The notes beneath the pieces were generated by a model that worked only from the letters and a program-made list of their open reading frames with translations, had not been told where the DNA came from and did no database searches. A stretch of 63,916 bases of DNA, counting the filler, from Stramenopiles sp. TOSAG23-6 (lineage: Eukaryota), in the NCBI GenBank assembly GCA_900128565.1. It is 3 parts of 3 records of this genome, joined end to end, with 100 filler letters (N's around TTAATTAATTAA, not from the genome) between each part and the next. Parts side by side here need not be neighbours in the genome. Positions count along the whole stretch, not along the records: positions 1 to 21,495 come from LT636028.1; positions 21,596 to 42,888 come from LT636029.1; 1 more part is not named here. The stretch is one strand, 5' to 3'. This document shows positions 11,144 through 22,080 of this stretch, piece after piece (the stretch's first letter is position 1; each line of letters starts with the position of its first letter). The position numbers and the translations under genes are program-made.

Positions 11144-14100
11144 TCAGTCATCAGAGTCGGATTCAAAATCACTATCACCAGAAGTATTTAGTGAATCAAT
11201 TGCATTGGAACTATTTGCCACATTTTTCACAACATCCGAATCTTCAAAATCAGAATCGTCATCAAAGTCATCACTAGATCCATCTTCATTTAACGATGCC
11301 TCAATTGTACTTTGTATTGCTTCTTTTTGCTGAAGCTGGTTTTCTTCTTCCTTTTGAGCAATTCTTTCAGCTTCTAGAGCACGCTGATTTTCTATCTTTA
11401 TCTCAAGCTGTCTTTGCTGTTTTGTTGATTCGTGTTGTTGGTGGTGTTGTTGGCGATGTTGTTGTTGGTGATGCTGTTGGTGATGTTGTTGGCGATGTTG
11501 TTGGCGATGTTGTTGGTGTTGGTGTTGTTGGTGTTGGTGTTGTTGGTGATGTTGTTGGTGATGTCGTTTGTGATGCCGGTGATGTTGCTTTTCTATTTCT
11601 TCTTTTCGCCGGCGTTGGCGTTCTTCTTCCTCCTCCTGACGTTTTGCATTTGGTTCTTCTTCTTGCGCATCTCTTTCAGTTTCTATAGTACGTTGTGTTT
11701 GTCTCTCAACCTCTCGCCGTCGTTTTTGTTCTGCTGATTGTTGTTGTATTTTTTTCGTCGCTGCTTCTTCATCTTTTATCGCAACTTCCGAATCTTCAAA
11801 ATCTGAATCGCCATCAAAGTCATCACTAAATTTATCTGCGTCTAATGATGCAGATATATTTTCAGTTAGTTTTTTCTTTTTCTCTATCTCATTTGAGGTG
11901 GAATTTGATGAAGTTGAAGATGAAGAGGAATCAGAAGAGGAATCAGAAGACGAAGAGGAATCTGAAGTTGAAGTTGATGAAGAATCCGAGGACAAAGTTG
12001 AAGATATGGATGACTTAATTTGGTTACCTTGATTTGAAGTTTGTTTTGCCCTCTCCACTGATGATTGCTGATGCTTTGCTTTTGCTTCTGCTTCGGTCTT
12101 TCTTTTTGCCTCTCCTGCCTTTGCTTTTGCTTTCGCCTCGGCTTCCGCCTTTGCTTTTGCATCTGTTTTGGCTTTTGCATCTGCTTCTGCTTTAGCCTTT
12201 GCTTTTGCTTTTGCTTCTGATTCAGCCTTTGCTTTTGCTTTAGCATTTGCTTTTGCTTCTGCTTTAGCCTTTGCTTTAGCCTTTGCTTTTGCTTCTGCTT
12301 CAGCCTTTGCTTTTGCTTCTGCTTTAGCCTTTGCTTTTGCTTCTGCTTTAGCCTTTGCTTTTGCTCTTGCTTCCGCCTTTGCTTTTGCTTCAGCTTTTCT
12401 TTTTACATCTGTTTTAGCCTTTGCTTTTGCTTCTGCTTCAGTCTTTGCTTTTGCCTCGGCTTCCGCCCTTGCTCTTGCTTCTGCTTCAGTCTTTGCTTTT
12501 GCTTTAGCCGCTTCCCGTTGTTGATTTGAAAGCTTTTGTCTTCGTCTTGCTTCTTCCTTCTTCATCGCTTCGTTCTGTTTTGCGATTCTTTCTTTTTCTT
12601 GAATCGCTGCGTCTTCATCATTTAATTTTTCAGTAAAATATTTTTTTTCATTTTCTGCTTTATTCTTTTTTTTCATACTTTGATTTGCTTTAATTTCCAT
12701 ATTCCATTTCTTGATCTCATCTGCAGTAGGAAGTAGACTATGTTGGAGATATTGAAGTTGTAGAGCTTTTTCCTTATTAATATCTAAAATCTTGAAAACA
12801 ATTCGGGCATTTTTTTCATGTAAATGTAAACTCACAGCTGGATGTGAAAGACCCACGAGAAATTCCCGAAATGTTATGGAGCTACGACGACCGTCAACAC
12901 AAAACCCAAAAAATGATTCTGATGACACGTGCCGTCTCCAAAGTCTCCGTTTTACTTTCAAAAGTAATGACTCTTCTTTAAGCTTTCTATCTTGTCTTTG
13001 TTTTTCTCTTGTGACTTTGACGTCATCATTCGTCGCCTTGTCACTCGATTTAAGGTGTAATCCAAGTTCACGTCGCCTTTTATTTATATCCAATCTATGC
13101 TGAATCGATCTTCGTCTATCATGTTTTTTTCTTTTTCTTTTCATCAAATCTTCTAATGTTTGAACTTTAGATTTTACTTTCAATTCATTCTTACGAAGAT
13201 TCCGGAGTTTTTGTTTCGCAGACTTTGCCTCCGCCTTTTTTGCTACTTTCATTTCTCGTTTCACTCTTTTCGCAAGTTCTTTACGTTTGAGGTATAGTTT
13301 TCTTTGAATTTGTTTCTTCTTTTTTGTACTAATCAATTGTTTTTCTGTTCGATGTTGAAGCCTAGTTCTTTCAACCTTTGTTACCTTTAACTTATGTGCT
13401 AATTCTCGACTTATCCTTTCTTTTATCATCAGTTCTTCTTCTAATTGTTCAATTTTCGACTTTTGTACTTGAACATTGCGATCCAAAATTTGATTCCCAA
13501 TTCCACCTCCCCAAGGTTTTTTATATTGTAATTTATATTCTATTGTGCTACTATTCAAGTCAGTGTTTTTTTTGGTTTCATGGATCTTGTTCTTTTTCAA
13601 TGAAGGTAATAAAGCAGGACTAGTTTTATAACCTACCAATTTACCTCTTCGATTACGACGACTCTCTGTTAGGGCAAACATGCCTGATTCTGATCTAAAT
13701 GCAGAAATACCATTTGGATACTTTTTGGAGCCACCGTAGATAACGCCAGCAGTTCGAAGATCTCGAGCATCTTTTCGTGTACCGTCTTTGCTACTAATTC
13801 CGACTCCTTTACTAGGAACATCTTTTCGTGTACCGTCTTTGCTACTTATATCTATAATTCGTTTTTGAGTTTTATTTGTCTTGTTTAATTTACTTATATG
13901 TGATTTCCATTCATTATTAAGAGGAATTTGAGGGTATTTTGGTATACTATTCAGAGACTTTTTTCTCTCTTTCTTAATTTTTGCTGGAAAAAATAGAGTC
14001 TTTTCTATTAAATTACTTTCTATTTCAGTTCTCTCTGCTTCAAGTTTCAACTTCTGGCGACGATCAATTGTTTCTAGATAATTCTTGTATGGTATTTGTT

Positions 14101-14446
14101 GTTGTTCAATTTGTATGTATTTTTTTTCATTCTTTTTTAGCTTTGCCCTCCTAAATTTGTGAAACAAAGCGGTAGCAGTCATTAGAACTTCTGTCTTACT
14201 AAAGTCTAAATTGAGTTCTTTTATGATGCTTTCGAATTCTGTATATTTGACAAAACCGCTGGAACTAGAGTCATAACTAATAAAGGCACGGAGAATATTA
14301 TCAATACATACGTTATCATTTTCCATTTTGCTCAATATAGCACTTTCAAAACGCGATAATACGGCGGCGTGAATTACTTCATGCCCTGGAAGTTTCCTTC
14401 GTTTACGTCGCTTGTGGCGTCTACCAGCCTGTACCTGAGACCTCAT
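11144..14446 (-). CDS. Low-complexity coiled-coil protein with EF-hand-like motifs
   Basis: 1100 aa ORF; FISYDSSSSGFVKYTEF EF-hand-like; AKAKAE, poly-S and Q/H tracts. Confidence 0.7.
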   Translation of the reverse strand: MRSQVQAGRRHKRRKRRKLPGHEVIHAAVLSRFESAILSKMENDNVCIDNILRAFISYDSSSSGFVKYTEFESIIKELNLDFSKTEVLMTATALFHKFRRAKLKKNEKKYIQIEQQQIPYKNYLETIDRRQKLKLEAERTEIESNLIEKTLFFPAKIKKERKKSLNSIPKYPQIPLNNEWKSHISKLNKTNKTQKRIIDISSKDGTRKDVPSKGVGISSKDGTRKDARDLRTAGVIYGGSKKYPNGISAFRSESGMFALTESRRNRRGKLVGYKTSPALLPSLKKNKIHETKKNTDLNSSTIEYKLQYKKPWGGGIGNQILDRNVQVQKSKIEQLEEELMIKERISRELAHKLKVTKVERTRLQHRTEKQLISTKKKKQIQRKLYLKRKELAKRVKREMKVAKKAEAKSAKQKLRNLRKNELKVKSKVQTLEDLMKRKRKKHDRRRSIQHRLDINKRRRELGLHLKSSDKATNDDVKVTREKQRQDRKLKEESLLLKVKRRLWRRHVSSESFFGFCVDGRRSSITFREFLVGLSHPAVSLHLHEKNARIVFKILDINKEKALQLQYLQHSLLPTADEIKKWNMEIKANQSMKKKNKAENEKKYFTEKLNDEDAAIQEKERIAKQNEAMKKEEARRRQKLSNQQREAAKAKAKTEAEARARAEAEAKAKTEAEAKAKAKTDVKRKAEAKAKAEARAKAKAKAEAKAKAKAEAKAKAEAEAKAKAKAKAKAEAKANAKAKAKAESEAKAKAKAKAEADAKAKTDAKAKAEAEAKAKAKAGEAKRKTEAEAKAKHQQSSVERAKQTSNQGNQIKSSISSTLSSDSSSTSTSDSSSSSDSSSDSSSSSTSSNSTSNEIEKKKKLTENISASLDADKFSDDFDGDSDFEDSEVAIKDEEAATKKIQQQSAEQKRRREVERQTQRTIETERDAQEEEPNAKRQEEEEERQRRRKEEIEKQHHRHHKRHHQQHHQQHQHQQHQHQQHRQQHRQQHHQQHHQQQHRQQHHQQHESTKQQRQLEIKIENQRALEAERIAQKEEENQLQQKEAIQSTIEASLNEDGSSDDFDDDSDFEDSDVVKNVANSSNAIDSLNTSGDSDFESDSDD
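12075..12510. repeat. Coding (A/K/E)n repeat
   Basis: Degenerate gcttttgcttct units encoding AKAKAE on the minus strand. Confidence 0.8.
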
Positions 14447-14770
14447 TAGTTCAATTAGAATTTCTATACACTATATATATACCACATCATCTTCTAAAGA
14501 TTTCTAATATATTGAAAATGGTTCTCTTTTCAATCTAAATCTAACATCCTGCTCAAAGTATCAAAGTTTACAGTGCCACTCCAAAAAAACTCCTGTAACG
14601 TACGTCTAACGGTTAATAATTGATTGGTTGTACTACACCCACCCACAAAAATGGGTCTCACTGACTACACCTACTATTAATCTACAGTACCTACAGTAGC
14701 TAGTACTAGCTGCGATGTATTTTATGTAAACGACTCACCCTAGGTCCAGAGCAATATCACCAAGAGCATA

Positions 14771-15244
14771 ATGACGCGTCCTACTCCCTCCACCCTTATG
14801 GAAATCCTGAAACTAATCCTCAAAGTCTGTGCTGCGCTTGTCGTCCTCCGATTGCTTGGGGGTTGGCCTCTTCTCATTCTTGTGGTGTCCTTCATTCTCT
14901 TCATCATCATGGGCGTGCTCGACTTGCCTGTAGGCCCATCGGCTGCGCAATCCAAATATCAAAGATACAAATATCCGTTTACCATCGCCGTCGCGTATAG
15001 CGTGCTGCCGTCGGAATACGAATGGTTGAAGCCGTGGTGGGCAGTAGTCATTGCGAGTGTAGTACTCGGAATTATCTTGTTCCATAGCTACTCTTACTTG
15101 CAAATGGAGCTTGGTACAGCTATGATCAACTACTCTTCACAGCGCGAAATCGAAAGGAGGAAGAGACTTGGGAAACCTTTGACAGTCCCATTATTTGGTG
15201 GAAACAGCCAGGGATGTGGCTACAAGGAAAAAGGGAAGATGTGA
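14771..15244 (+). CDS. Small hypothetical membrane protein
   Basis: 157 aa, several hydrophobic helices, GC-richer than flanks. Confidence 0.55.
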   Translation: MTRPTPSTLMEILKLILKVCAALVVLRLLGGWPLLILVVSFILFIIMGVLDLPVGPSAAQSKYQRYKYPFTIAVAYSVLPSEYEWLKPWWAVVIASVVLGIILFHSYSYLQMELGTAMINYSSQREIERRKRLGKPLTVPLFGGNSQGCGYKEKGKM

Positions 15245-15433
15245 AAATCACTTTGTTCTGTTAGGGTTAGGTTTTGTTTAATATCAACTAATTGATCAGC
15301 GACAAAAGCAAAACAATGTTTAAACAAAAAATTTATAGAAGTGAAAGTAGTAATTTTTGTAGTAATAAAAGGAATATTTCCATTTCATGTAGAACTACCG
15401 GTACTACGAAATATATTCTATACTTCCTTTAAG

Positions 15434-15980
15434 CTAATTCCGCTTCTTTCTAACTTCGGATCCGGAAGAGCTATAAGAGAGGTAGCTAGTGAAGAGAAAA
15501 AAAACGTGTGCACATAATGGAACTACTCTATATTGTGAAGAAATATGTTTTACAGTTTAAAATTTGTTATTTTCGTGACACTACAAATATTGATTCTCAT
15601 AGATATACATTTAAAAAAAAATGAAATTAAATAATGAAAACGTATGCCCAACTTCCATCCCTTACAGCACTTTCAGGACGCCAAGGCTTTCCAAGATATG
15701 TTGAACCAAGAGAAAGTGCCCAAACCAAATTGTATAGTGTCGCAAAAGCATTCATACGTTTATCATCTTTAAGGCACGCAAGCAGCAAACCATAAAAAAT
15801 AATTACACTACCAAACCATTCAAAGGCTAACGTTTCGTACCCAGAGGACGGTGTGTAGCCATTTAGTAGACCAGCAGGGTTTAAAATAAAGGTCACTCCT
15901 GCAAAAATCTCAAAAGCACTCGAACCATAAGTGGCATATGTCAATAAAGTCATGCTAACAATAATTAAGACTTTCAACAA
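15434..15980 (-). CDS. Small multi-TM hypothetical protein (2 exons; start uncertain)
   Basis: Splicing 15528-15645 continues ...GSWAVVPLCAHVFFLF...RKKRN*. Confidence 0.6.
15528..15645 (-). other. Variant family intron, AT-AG (or GC-AT if slid 2 nt)
   Basis: gc|atacgttttca...catatttcttcacaatatag|a; restores frame. Confidence 0.6.
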
Positions 15981-16264
15981 TAAAAAAACAGAATGAGGAG
16001 AAAGAAGATGTTCTTCATCAACTTTGTCTTTGAGTGGCTAAAATAATGACAGCAGAGTACTAGCAAAACGAACGAAAAGATGGCCGACGACGACGACGAG
16101 GGTTCGGTCAGTCATCAGATTCTGGATAAGAATATAACTACTACGTAGAGTATGAATGATAATAAATTATTCCGAAGGAACACTGTTAATTTACAGGAAT
16201 AACCCTGATTTAAGTTATATCTAGTTTACTCTCAAGTATATCTCTGGTCTGTTCATATTGAACA

Positions 16265-18374
16265 ATGATGCAAATTTCTCGCGTTTTCTCAAGAGTTACT
16301 GTGGCATCTTTGACACAAACGCGTCTTCTTCGTGAACGTAATGTTACTTTTTTTTCATCACTGTCGGATGGTCCACTTGTAAGGTATAATAAAATGGTTT
16401 CCACAAAAAGATTGACTCATGATGATGCACAAGCGGCTGCTCTAGTTCCTCTACAGAGGCTTCATGAAGAACTTGAAGGATACGAGGCATCCGAAGTTGT
16501 AATACCTGAAGAAATGGACGATACGAGTGCGTTGAGTGGGATGTTTTCCACCGTCACAAATTTCTTTGCTTCGGCTGTAGATGCTCGTAACTCAAAACAG
16601 CGATACGACCCAGCAACACGTACGTGGTCCCATGTAAATACTGAGAAAGACACAGAAAGAACGAAAAAACGGTCTGAAGCTATAAGTGATGCCATTGAAG
16701 AAGCACGGAAAGACATGCCTCTTGGTGTGTATCTTCATGGTGGTGTTGGCTGTGGCAAGACAATGTTAATGGATATGTTCTTCGAAGGAGCCTCTCCAAA
16801 ACTGAAACGCCGAGTCCATTTCCATGCGTTTATGCTTGAAGTTCATGAAAGAATGCATACCTTGCGTAAAAATGGGCTTGAAGGCGACCCAATCCCAACG
16901 GTCGTAAAGGATATTAGTCAAAATTGTTCTTTACTTTGCTTCGATGAGTTTCAGGTAACTGATGTTGCTGATGCCCTAGTTATGCGTCGGTTATTTTCAC
17001 TATTAATAGATTATCATGGAGTCATTGTTGTAGCAACATCAAATCGCCCACCAGATGATTTATATCACAATGGAATTCAAAGGGATTTATTTCTTCCTTT
17101 CATTAAAAGATTAAAGAAATGCACACATGTTCATGATATGGAATCACCAACAGATTTTAGATTATTAGGCACAGACGCTAGATCAATGTATTTACTTCCT
17201 TGCGATTCTCGAGAAAAGCAAATCGAATCACTTTTCCAAAAATTGACAAAAGGAACAGAAACGAAATCTGCAACTTTAACATCCCAAGGACGTCAAGTCC
17301 ATGTATGTTTTATTTTTTTTTTAAACAAAAAAATCGATTTTTTTTCGTACGAAATTTTGTACGTAACGATTTTTTTTTTGAAATATTTTTCCAAAATACA
17401 TGCCCCATGTGTAAGTGAGAATAATGTAGCTAAGTTTACTTTTGCACAACTGTGTCGCGAACCACGTGGTGCAGCAGATTATATCACACTTTCAAAGGCT
17501 TTTCATACATTTTTCTTATTGGATGTTCCTGTTCTAGGTCCAGATGATATTAATCCAACTAGACGATTCATCACACTGATTGATGCATTATACGAAGCTA
17601 GAGTGAAGCTTGTCGTTTCTGCTGCTGAAGTTCCCGAAAAATTGTTACGAGAAGAACATTCGAGTCAGTCAAGTGGAGGACCTAGAGGAGATTTAATAGG
17701 AACTGATGACTATGTATGTTTTATTTTTTTTCAAATTTGATTTTTTTTTTATAGTAAATTTTGTACCTAACGATTTCTTTTTGAAATATTTTTCCAAAAT
17801 ACATGTTCCTTTCCAAAAAGATGAAGCATTTGCTTTTGATCGAACGATATCTCGATTGATTGAAATGCAAACTATTCAATACATAACAGCAGCTCACCGA
17901 CGAGATGGTGGTGAGAGTCAAGTAGAAGTATTAAAAACAGTTTTGTTTAAACGCTCCAAGAGTGGTTCTTCTTATAATCTATCCAAATCATCTAATATTA
18001 ATCAACAACAATTGAGAGAACTATTTGATACATATGATGTTGACTCGGATTTGGTGTTGTCAAGAATAGAAATGCAGCAATTGTTAGAAGATTTTTCTTT
18101 TATACGACATGTACGTTTTCATCTTGAATTTATTTTTTTTTCGAATTCATTTTTTTTCGTAGTGAATTTTGTACCTAACAAATTATACAAAAAATAAATT
18201 TTCACTATACATGGACACAGATCTGTTGATCTTGATTTAGTAGATAAATTATTTGATATAATAGATATAAATATGAATGGTTCGTTGGATTTTGAGGAGT
18301 TTAGTACATTTTCTGAAAAATTTGGACTTGCTTCTTTGACAAAATGGCTACCAACAACAAGTGTAAAAAAATAA
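16265..18374 (+). CDS. AFG1: AFG1/LACE1 (ZapE-like) ATPase with C-terminal EF-hand pair (4 exons)
   Basis: GVYLHGGVGCGKTMLMD, LLCFDEFQVTDVADA, TSNRPP, RRFITLID, FAFDRTISRL; last exon DINMNGSLDFEE; introns 17303-17401, 17714-17804, 18111-18212. Confidence 0.9.
17303..17401 (+). other. Non-canonical intron GT-AT (99 nt, 3n, stop-free)
   Basis: cat|gtatgt...gtacgaaattttgtacgtaac...ccaaaatacat|g. Confidence 0.85.
17714..17804 (+). other. Non-canonical intron GT-AT (91 nt)
   Basis: tat|gtatgt...gtacctaac...ccaaaatacat|g. Confidence 0.85.
18111..18212 (+). other. Non-canonical intron GT-AT (102 nt)
   Basis: cat|gtacgt...gtacctaac...cactatacat|g; brings the second EF-hand into frame. Confidence 0.85.
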
Positions 18375-18577
18375 AAATATATGAAAAATACACAAATTTG
18401 AATTTTTTTACAATTGTCATTGAAATAAAAATGTCGGCAGAGTACCGGGAAACCGGGTAAAGAAAAATTTTAAAAATTCTTTGAAAAATAACGCTCGAAA
18501 AATGTTTTCAAAAAATATATCTAGTTGTCTAGCAGTGTATAATCTAATGTGTGTATCTTACAAAGCGAGATGAATAA

Positions 18578-20749
18578 ATGAGGTCAATGATAGAATCAAA
18601 GACAAGTAAACGACCGCGGTTTATCCTAGATGGTAACTCTCGTCTTGAACAGAAGATGCGCTCAGCTCGAGAGCGACAGTTGGAGGAGAAACGTACAGGT
18701 ACATTGGATGACGGACAAGTTAACTCTAACAGAGTTGGAAAAGAAACAACTGCAGATCATTCTCAAATGAGGGAAGATATTTTAAAAGTATCGCCTACAT
18801 TAGGTAGCAAACATGCAAAACGTGTCGACGAAGTCAGACAGTCTCGGGGCACTCTGAAAAAAAATTCCTTATTAAACTATCTAGATGAACTTGAAGATGA
18901 AGACAGAAATGCCGGTGAGATAAAGATAACTAACTCAATTACACCTCGAAGTCGTGCTGCTGCTAGTCGTGCCGCCTTGCGTCATCAAAAGAAAGAGGAA
19001 ACAACTTTGAAAAAAGGCGAGAAGAAGAATTTTAGAGACAAAACTTTACATCAGAAAAATACGTCAAGAAACTCTCCAAGAATGAAAACTGTGTATAATT
19101 CTCCTGAAGCACTTTCTCGAGAAACTGATCGCGGTATGAATAATTCATTCAATGGAGTAAAGCAAAAACTTGTGGCTTTAAAACAAAAAGTAGAATCAGG
19201 AAAAAGAAAGAACAACCAACTTACGGAAGCTTTAGAATCAGCAGAAAATGAGTGTAAAAAAATACGAAAAAACTCTGAAAAAAAATTACAAGTTCAAAAA
19301 GAGGAAGCTGAAAACACCATCAGAGAACATTTAAACTTTATCGACCAGTTACTCACAGATAAGCAATCTCTTTCTAAACAATGTGAAAAACTGACAACGA
19401 AAGTTTCAGGTTTGGAAACTAAATATTCTGAAAAAATCGAAAGTGTCAGAAATCAATTTGAAGCACTCATTGCCAAGAACCGAAAAGATTGGTTTGCAGG
19501 GGAGAAGCGGCGCCGAGAAAAATGGAGGATTAAAAAGATGGAAGAAATCAAAGCAAATACAATAAAAGGTTTAGAGCCTCAGATTCAATCACTTTTAGAT
19601 AAACATAAAGATCAAAGAAGGAATGCCGCCGAAGCACACCAAGTAGAATTGCGATCACTGAAAGAGGATATTGAGAATCGCCACTCTACCGAACTTCGGA
19701 AGTTGAAAAGGATGATGCGGGAAGACGCCGATGCTCAAATTTCTGAAGAAGTGAAGAAAGAAAGATCAAGATGGTCTACACTAAAAGATGGACATGATGA
19801 TGAGGTCTTGGCAGTTCGTGAGCGATGGAGGAAACAGTTGAATGATGAAAGAGACCGGAATGATGATGAAAGACGCCAGCTAATGGAGAGACATGCAAAG
19901 GAAATTGAAATAATGAAACAAAATGAAGAATCTCGAATGCTCGAACAAGAGCGCAAATTTGAAGAACAAACTGCTGCTATTTTTCGTAGACATAAAACAG
20001 AGACTGAACAAGAAGCTAAGCGTGCACAAATTGAGCGTGAAGAATGGCAAACTCGTATATTAGCGAAATCTGAATCTAAGAATGCAGAGGTACTCGAAAG
20101 ACAACGAATGATTTTAACTGCACAACAGGAAAAGGATATGGCCATGGTTGTTGAAAGATTACATATAGACAATGATGAGACATTAGATGAACACAAACGA
20201 AAGATTGAAAAAAGGGCACGACGTGCTCAAAACGAAGCTGAGCAAGAGGCGAATAGAGCTCGAGCAGCTGAAGAAGAATGGAGTAAAAAGTATCTTCGAC
20301 TTATGGATATTCATTCTCGCACAGAAGAAAAAGCATCTTCTGCAGAACAAAAATTAGCTGGTGTGGAAAAGAGATTTGAAGCCGTTGTTGCAGAGAAAGA
20401 TGCAGCACAGAGTTCGTTGAACCGCGTGACTGCCCGATGGAATGAATATGATTCACAATTAATTCAAAAGCATGAAGCAGAAATTGCTGGGTTACGAAAA
20501 CGACAAAAGACAGAAATTAAAAGACTTGCTCAAGATAGAGAAAACGAAAAAGAATATTATAGAGAGATAGAAGCAAAGTGGACCAAAGACAGAGCTTCAT
20601 TAAAAAGGCAGCATGCCGATGAACTTGAAGCAATTAATTCGAGGGTTCGTCAAACTATGGCAAAACGTAATGCTACAACTTTGAAACTTCAGGAGCAACT
20701 ACAAACTGCAGAAATGAAAATTTCTGAACTAGAAAGACTTCTACAATAA
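18578..20749 (+). CDS. CEP131: Centrosomal protein CEP131/AZI1-like coiled-coil protein
   Basis: HLNFIDQLLTDKQSLSKQCEKL and TIKGLEPQIQSLL resemble conserved CEP131 blocks (from memory). Confidence 0.7.
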   Translation: MRSMIESKTSKRPRFILDGNSRLEQKMRSARERQLEEKRTGTLDDGQVNSNRVGKETTADHSQMREDILKVSPTLGSKHAKRVDEVRQSRGTLKKNSLLNYLDELEDEDRNAGEIKITNSITPRSRAAASRAALRHQKKEETTLKKGEKKNFRDKTLHQKNTSRNSPRMKTVYNSPEALSRETDRGMNNSFNGVKQKLVALKQKVESGKRKNNQLTEALESAENECKKIRKNSEKKLQVQKEEAENTIREHLNFIDQLLTDKQSLSKQCEKLTTKVSGLETKYSEKIESVRNQFEALIAKNRKDWFAGEKRRREKWRIKKMEEIKANTIKGLEPQIQSLLDKHKDQRRNAAEAHQVELRSLKEDIENRHSTELRKLKRMMREDADAQISEEVKKERSRWSTLKDGHDDEVLAVRERWRKQLNDERDRNDDERRQLMERHAKEIEIMKQNEESRMLEQERKFEEQTAAIFRRHKTETEQEAKRAQIEREEWQTRILAKSESKNAEVLERQRMILTAQQEKDMAMVVERLHIDNDETLDEHKRKIEKRARRAQNEAEQEANRARAAEEEWSKKYLRLMDIHSRTEEKASSAEQKLAGVEKRFEAVVAEKDAAQSSLNRVTARWNEYDSQLIQKHEAEIAGLRKRQKTEIKRLAQDRENEKEYYREIEAKWTKDRASLKRQHADELEAINSRVRQTMAKRNATTLKLQEQLQTAEMKISELERLLQ

Positions 20750-20770
20750 AATTAAACACTAAAACTTTCT

Positions 20771-21435
20771 TTATAGAGGAGATGAAATAAATCTAAAAAA
20801 ATCAATAATGTCATTACATTCTTCATTAGAGATCATATTACATTTGTTTACATCATTAGCTACTGGAGAATTTGGAGATGGCTCTCTACTACTGCTATTT
20901 CCTTCACTCCCGCTTGTTAATTCAGATGCCCGAGTACTACACATTTTATTAGGGTTAAGATTTCCTTTCAAANAGGNTTTTTTTNCNAGGTCTCGTTTTT
21001 TGCTCATTTCTGATAAATGCAATTCGCTGAAGTTTGCTACCATTCCAATATGGATTTTCCATGTCATTTGGATGAGGGGAAATCAGCATATTATGACGAT
21101 GCTGTTTTTTTAATGACATTATAGAAGATGATTGTCGTATGGGTCGCCCGCCAGGACTTCTTCGTGTCTGTTGTGACATACGTTGAGCAGCTGGTAAGCG
21201 ACGAATTGGATTAGGCCTCTTGGCAGAGCCAAAAAAATTTGGTGAATCGTTTGCTGTTGTATGGGGTGTTGGTAACTTTGGTTTACCGCTATTTATAAGT
21301 CGTTCTGTTCTATTTCGAGGAATCGTAAATATTGGATATTTCGTGGAAAAATATTTACGATCAAAACATTCGTTAGGTATGCGGTTTTCATAGTAAAAAA
21401 AAGTAGATAAAAATTCAATTCTGAAAACATACACC
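20771..21435 (-). CDS. 3' part of an unknown gene (ambiguous bases, probable homopolymer frameshift; runs into gap)
   Basis: Overlapping ORFs 20955-21434 and 20771-21067; family introns on the same strand. Confidence 0.4.
21336..21432 (-). other. Non-canonical intron GT-AT (97 nt)
   Basis: gt|gtatgttttc...catacctaac...ccacgaaatat|cca. Confidence 0.7.
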
Positions 21436-21495
21436 GTGTATTTTGGAAAAATATTTCAAAAAAAAATTCGTTAGGTACAAAATTTCGTACGAAAA
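21436..21495 (-). other. 3' half of a family intron (ends AC; 5' part in gap)
   Basis: gtacgaaattttgtacctaac...ccaaaatacac. Confidence 0.65.
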
Positions 21496-21595
21496 NNNNN
21501 NNNNNNNNNNNNNNNNNNNNNNNNNNNNNNNNNNNNNNNTTAATTAATTAANNNNNNNNNNNNNNNNNNNNNNNNNNNNNNNNNNNNNNNNNNNN
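21496..21595. other. Assembly gap / contig linker
   Basis: N-run containing TTAATTAATTAA. Confidence 0.95.
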
Positions 21596-21952
21596 ATGCT
21601 TCAAAATGACAAAAATAATTAATTTTATGACAAAAGCCCACGACAAAAGTTTTGAAATAGTGTCAAGTTCATTATTATCTTGCTTAGCACCCAATGAGAT
21701 AATTTGTCTAGTAGCCCCATTAAAATCACCTCTGAAATCAGCAAATTCCAGAAAAATGGAGTCACACAAGATCATTTTAATGGGGCTACTAGAAAAATTA
21801 TCTCATTGGTACCTAAGCATGGTAATAATGAACTTGACACTATTTCAAAACTTTTGTCGTGGGCTTTTGTCATAAAATTAATTATTTTTGTCATTTTGAA
21901 GCATCTATTGTCTCAGAAGTGACCGAAATCACGAAAAACGTACCCGACTACC
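21596..21952 (+). mobile_element. Terminus of a second copy of the TTAA DNA transposon
   Basis: Near-identical reverse complement of 37727-38083; ends ...cgactacc|ttaa. Confidence 0.85.
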
Positions 21953-22080
21953 TTAAATCAGCTGCCGCCGCGTGGTACAGCAAATTAGCTTTGTAATTAC
22001 TAATTGTAACATTGTTTACTCTTCAGTGATACCCTTTTTATTTGTTCCCTTCGAAACGCAACTACCATTTTTACAATACA

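Noticed and set aside
11296-12524. Plus-strand V/G- and A/F-rich ORFs
   Set aside because: Antisense shadows of the low-complexity minus-strand gene.
21496-21595. TTAATTAATTAA inside N-runs (also 42889-42988) as a biological motif
   Set aside because: Artificial all-frame-stop contig linker; adjacency across it is not evidence of synteny.
21548-21922. Short ORFs in the palindrome (and 37757-38146)
   Set aside because: By-products of the inverted repeat; no protein features.
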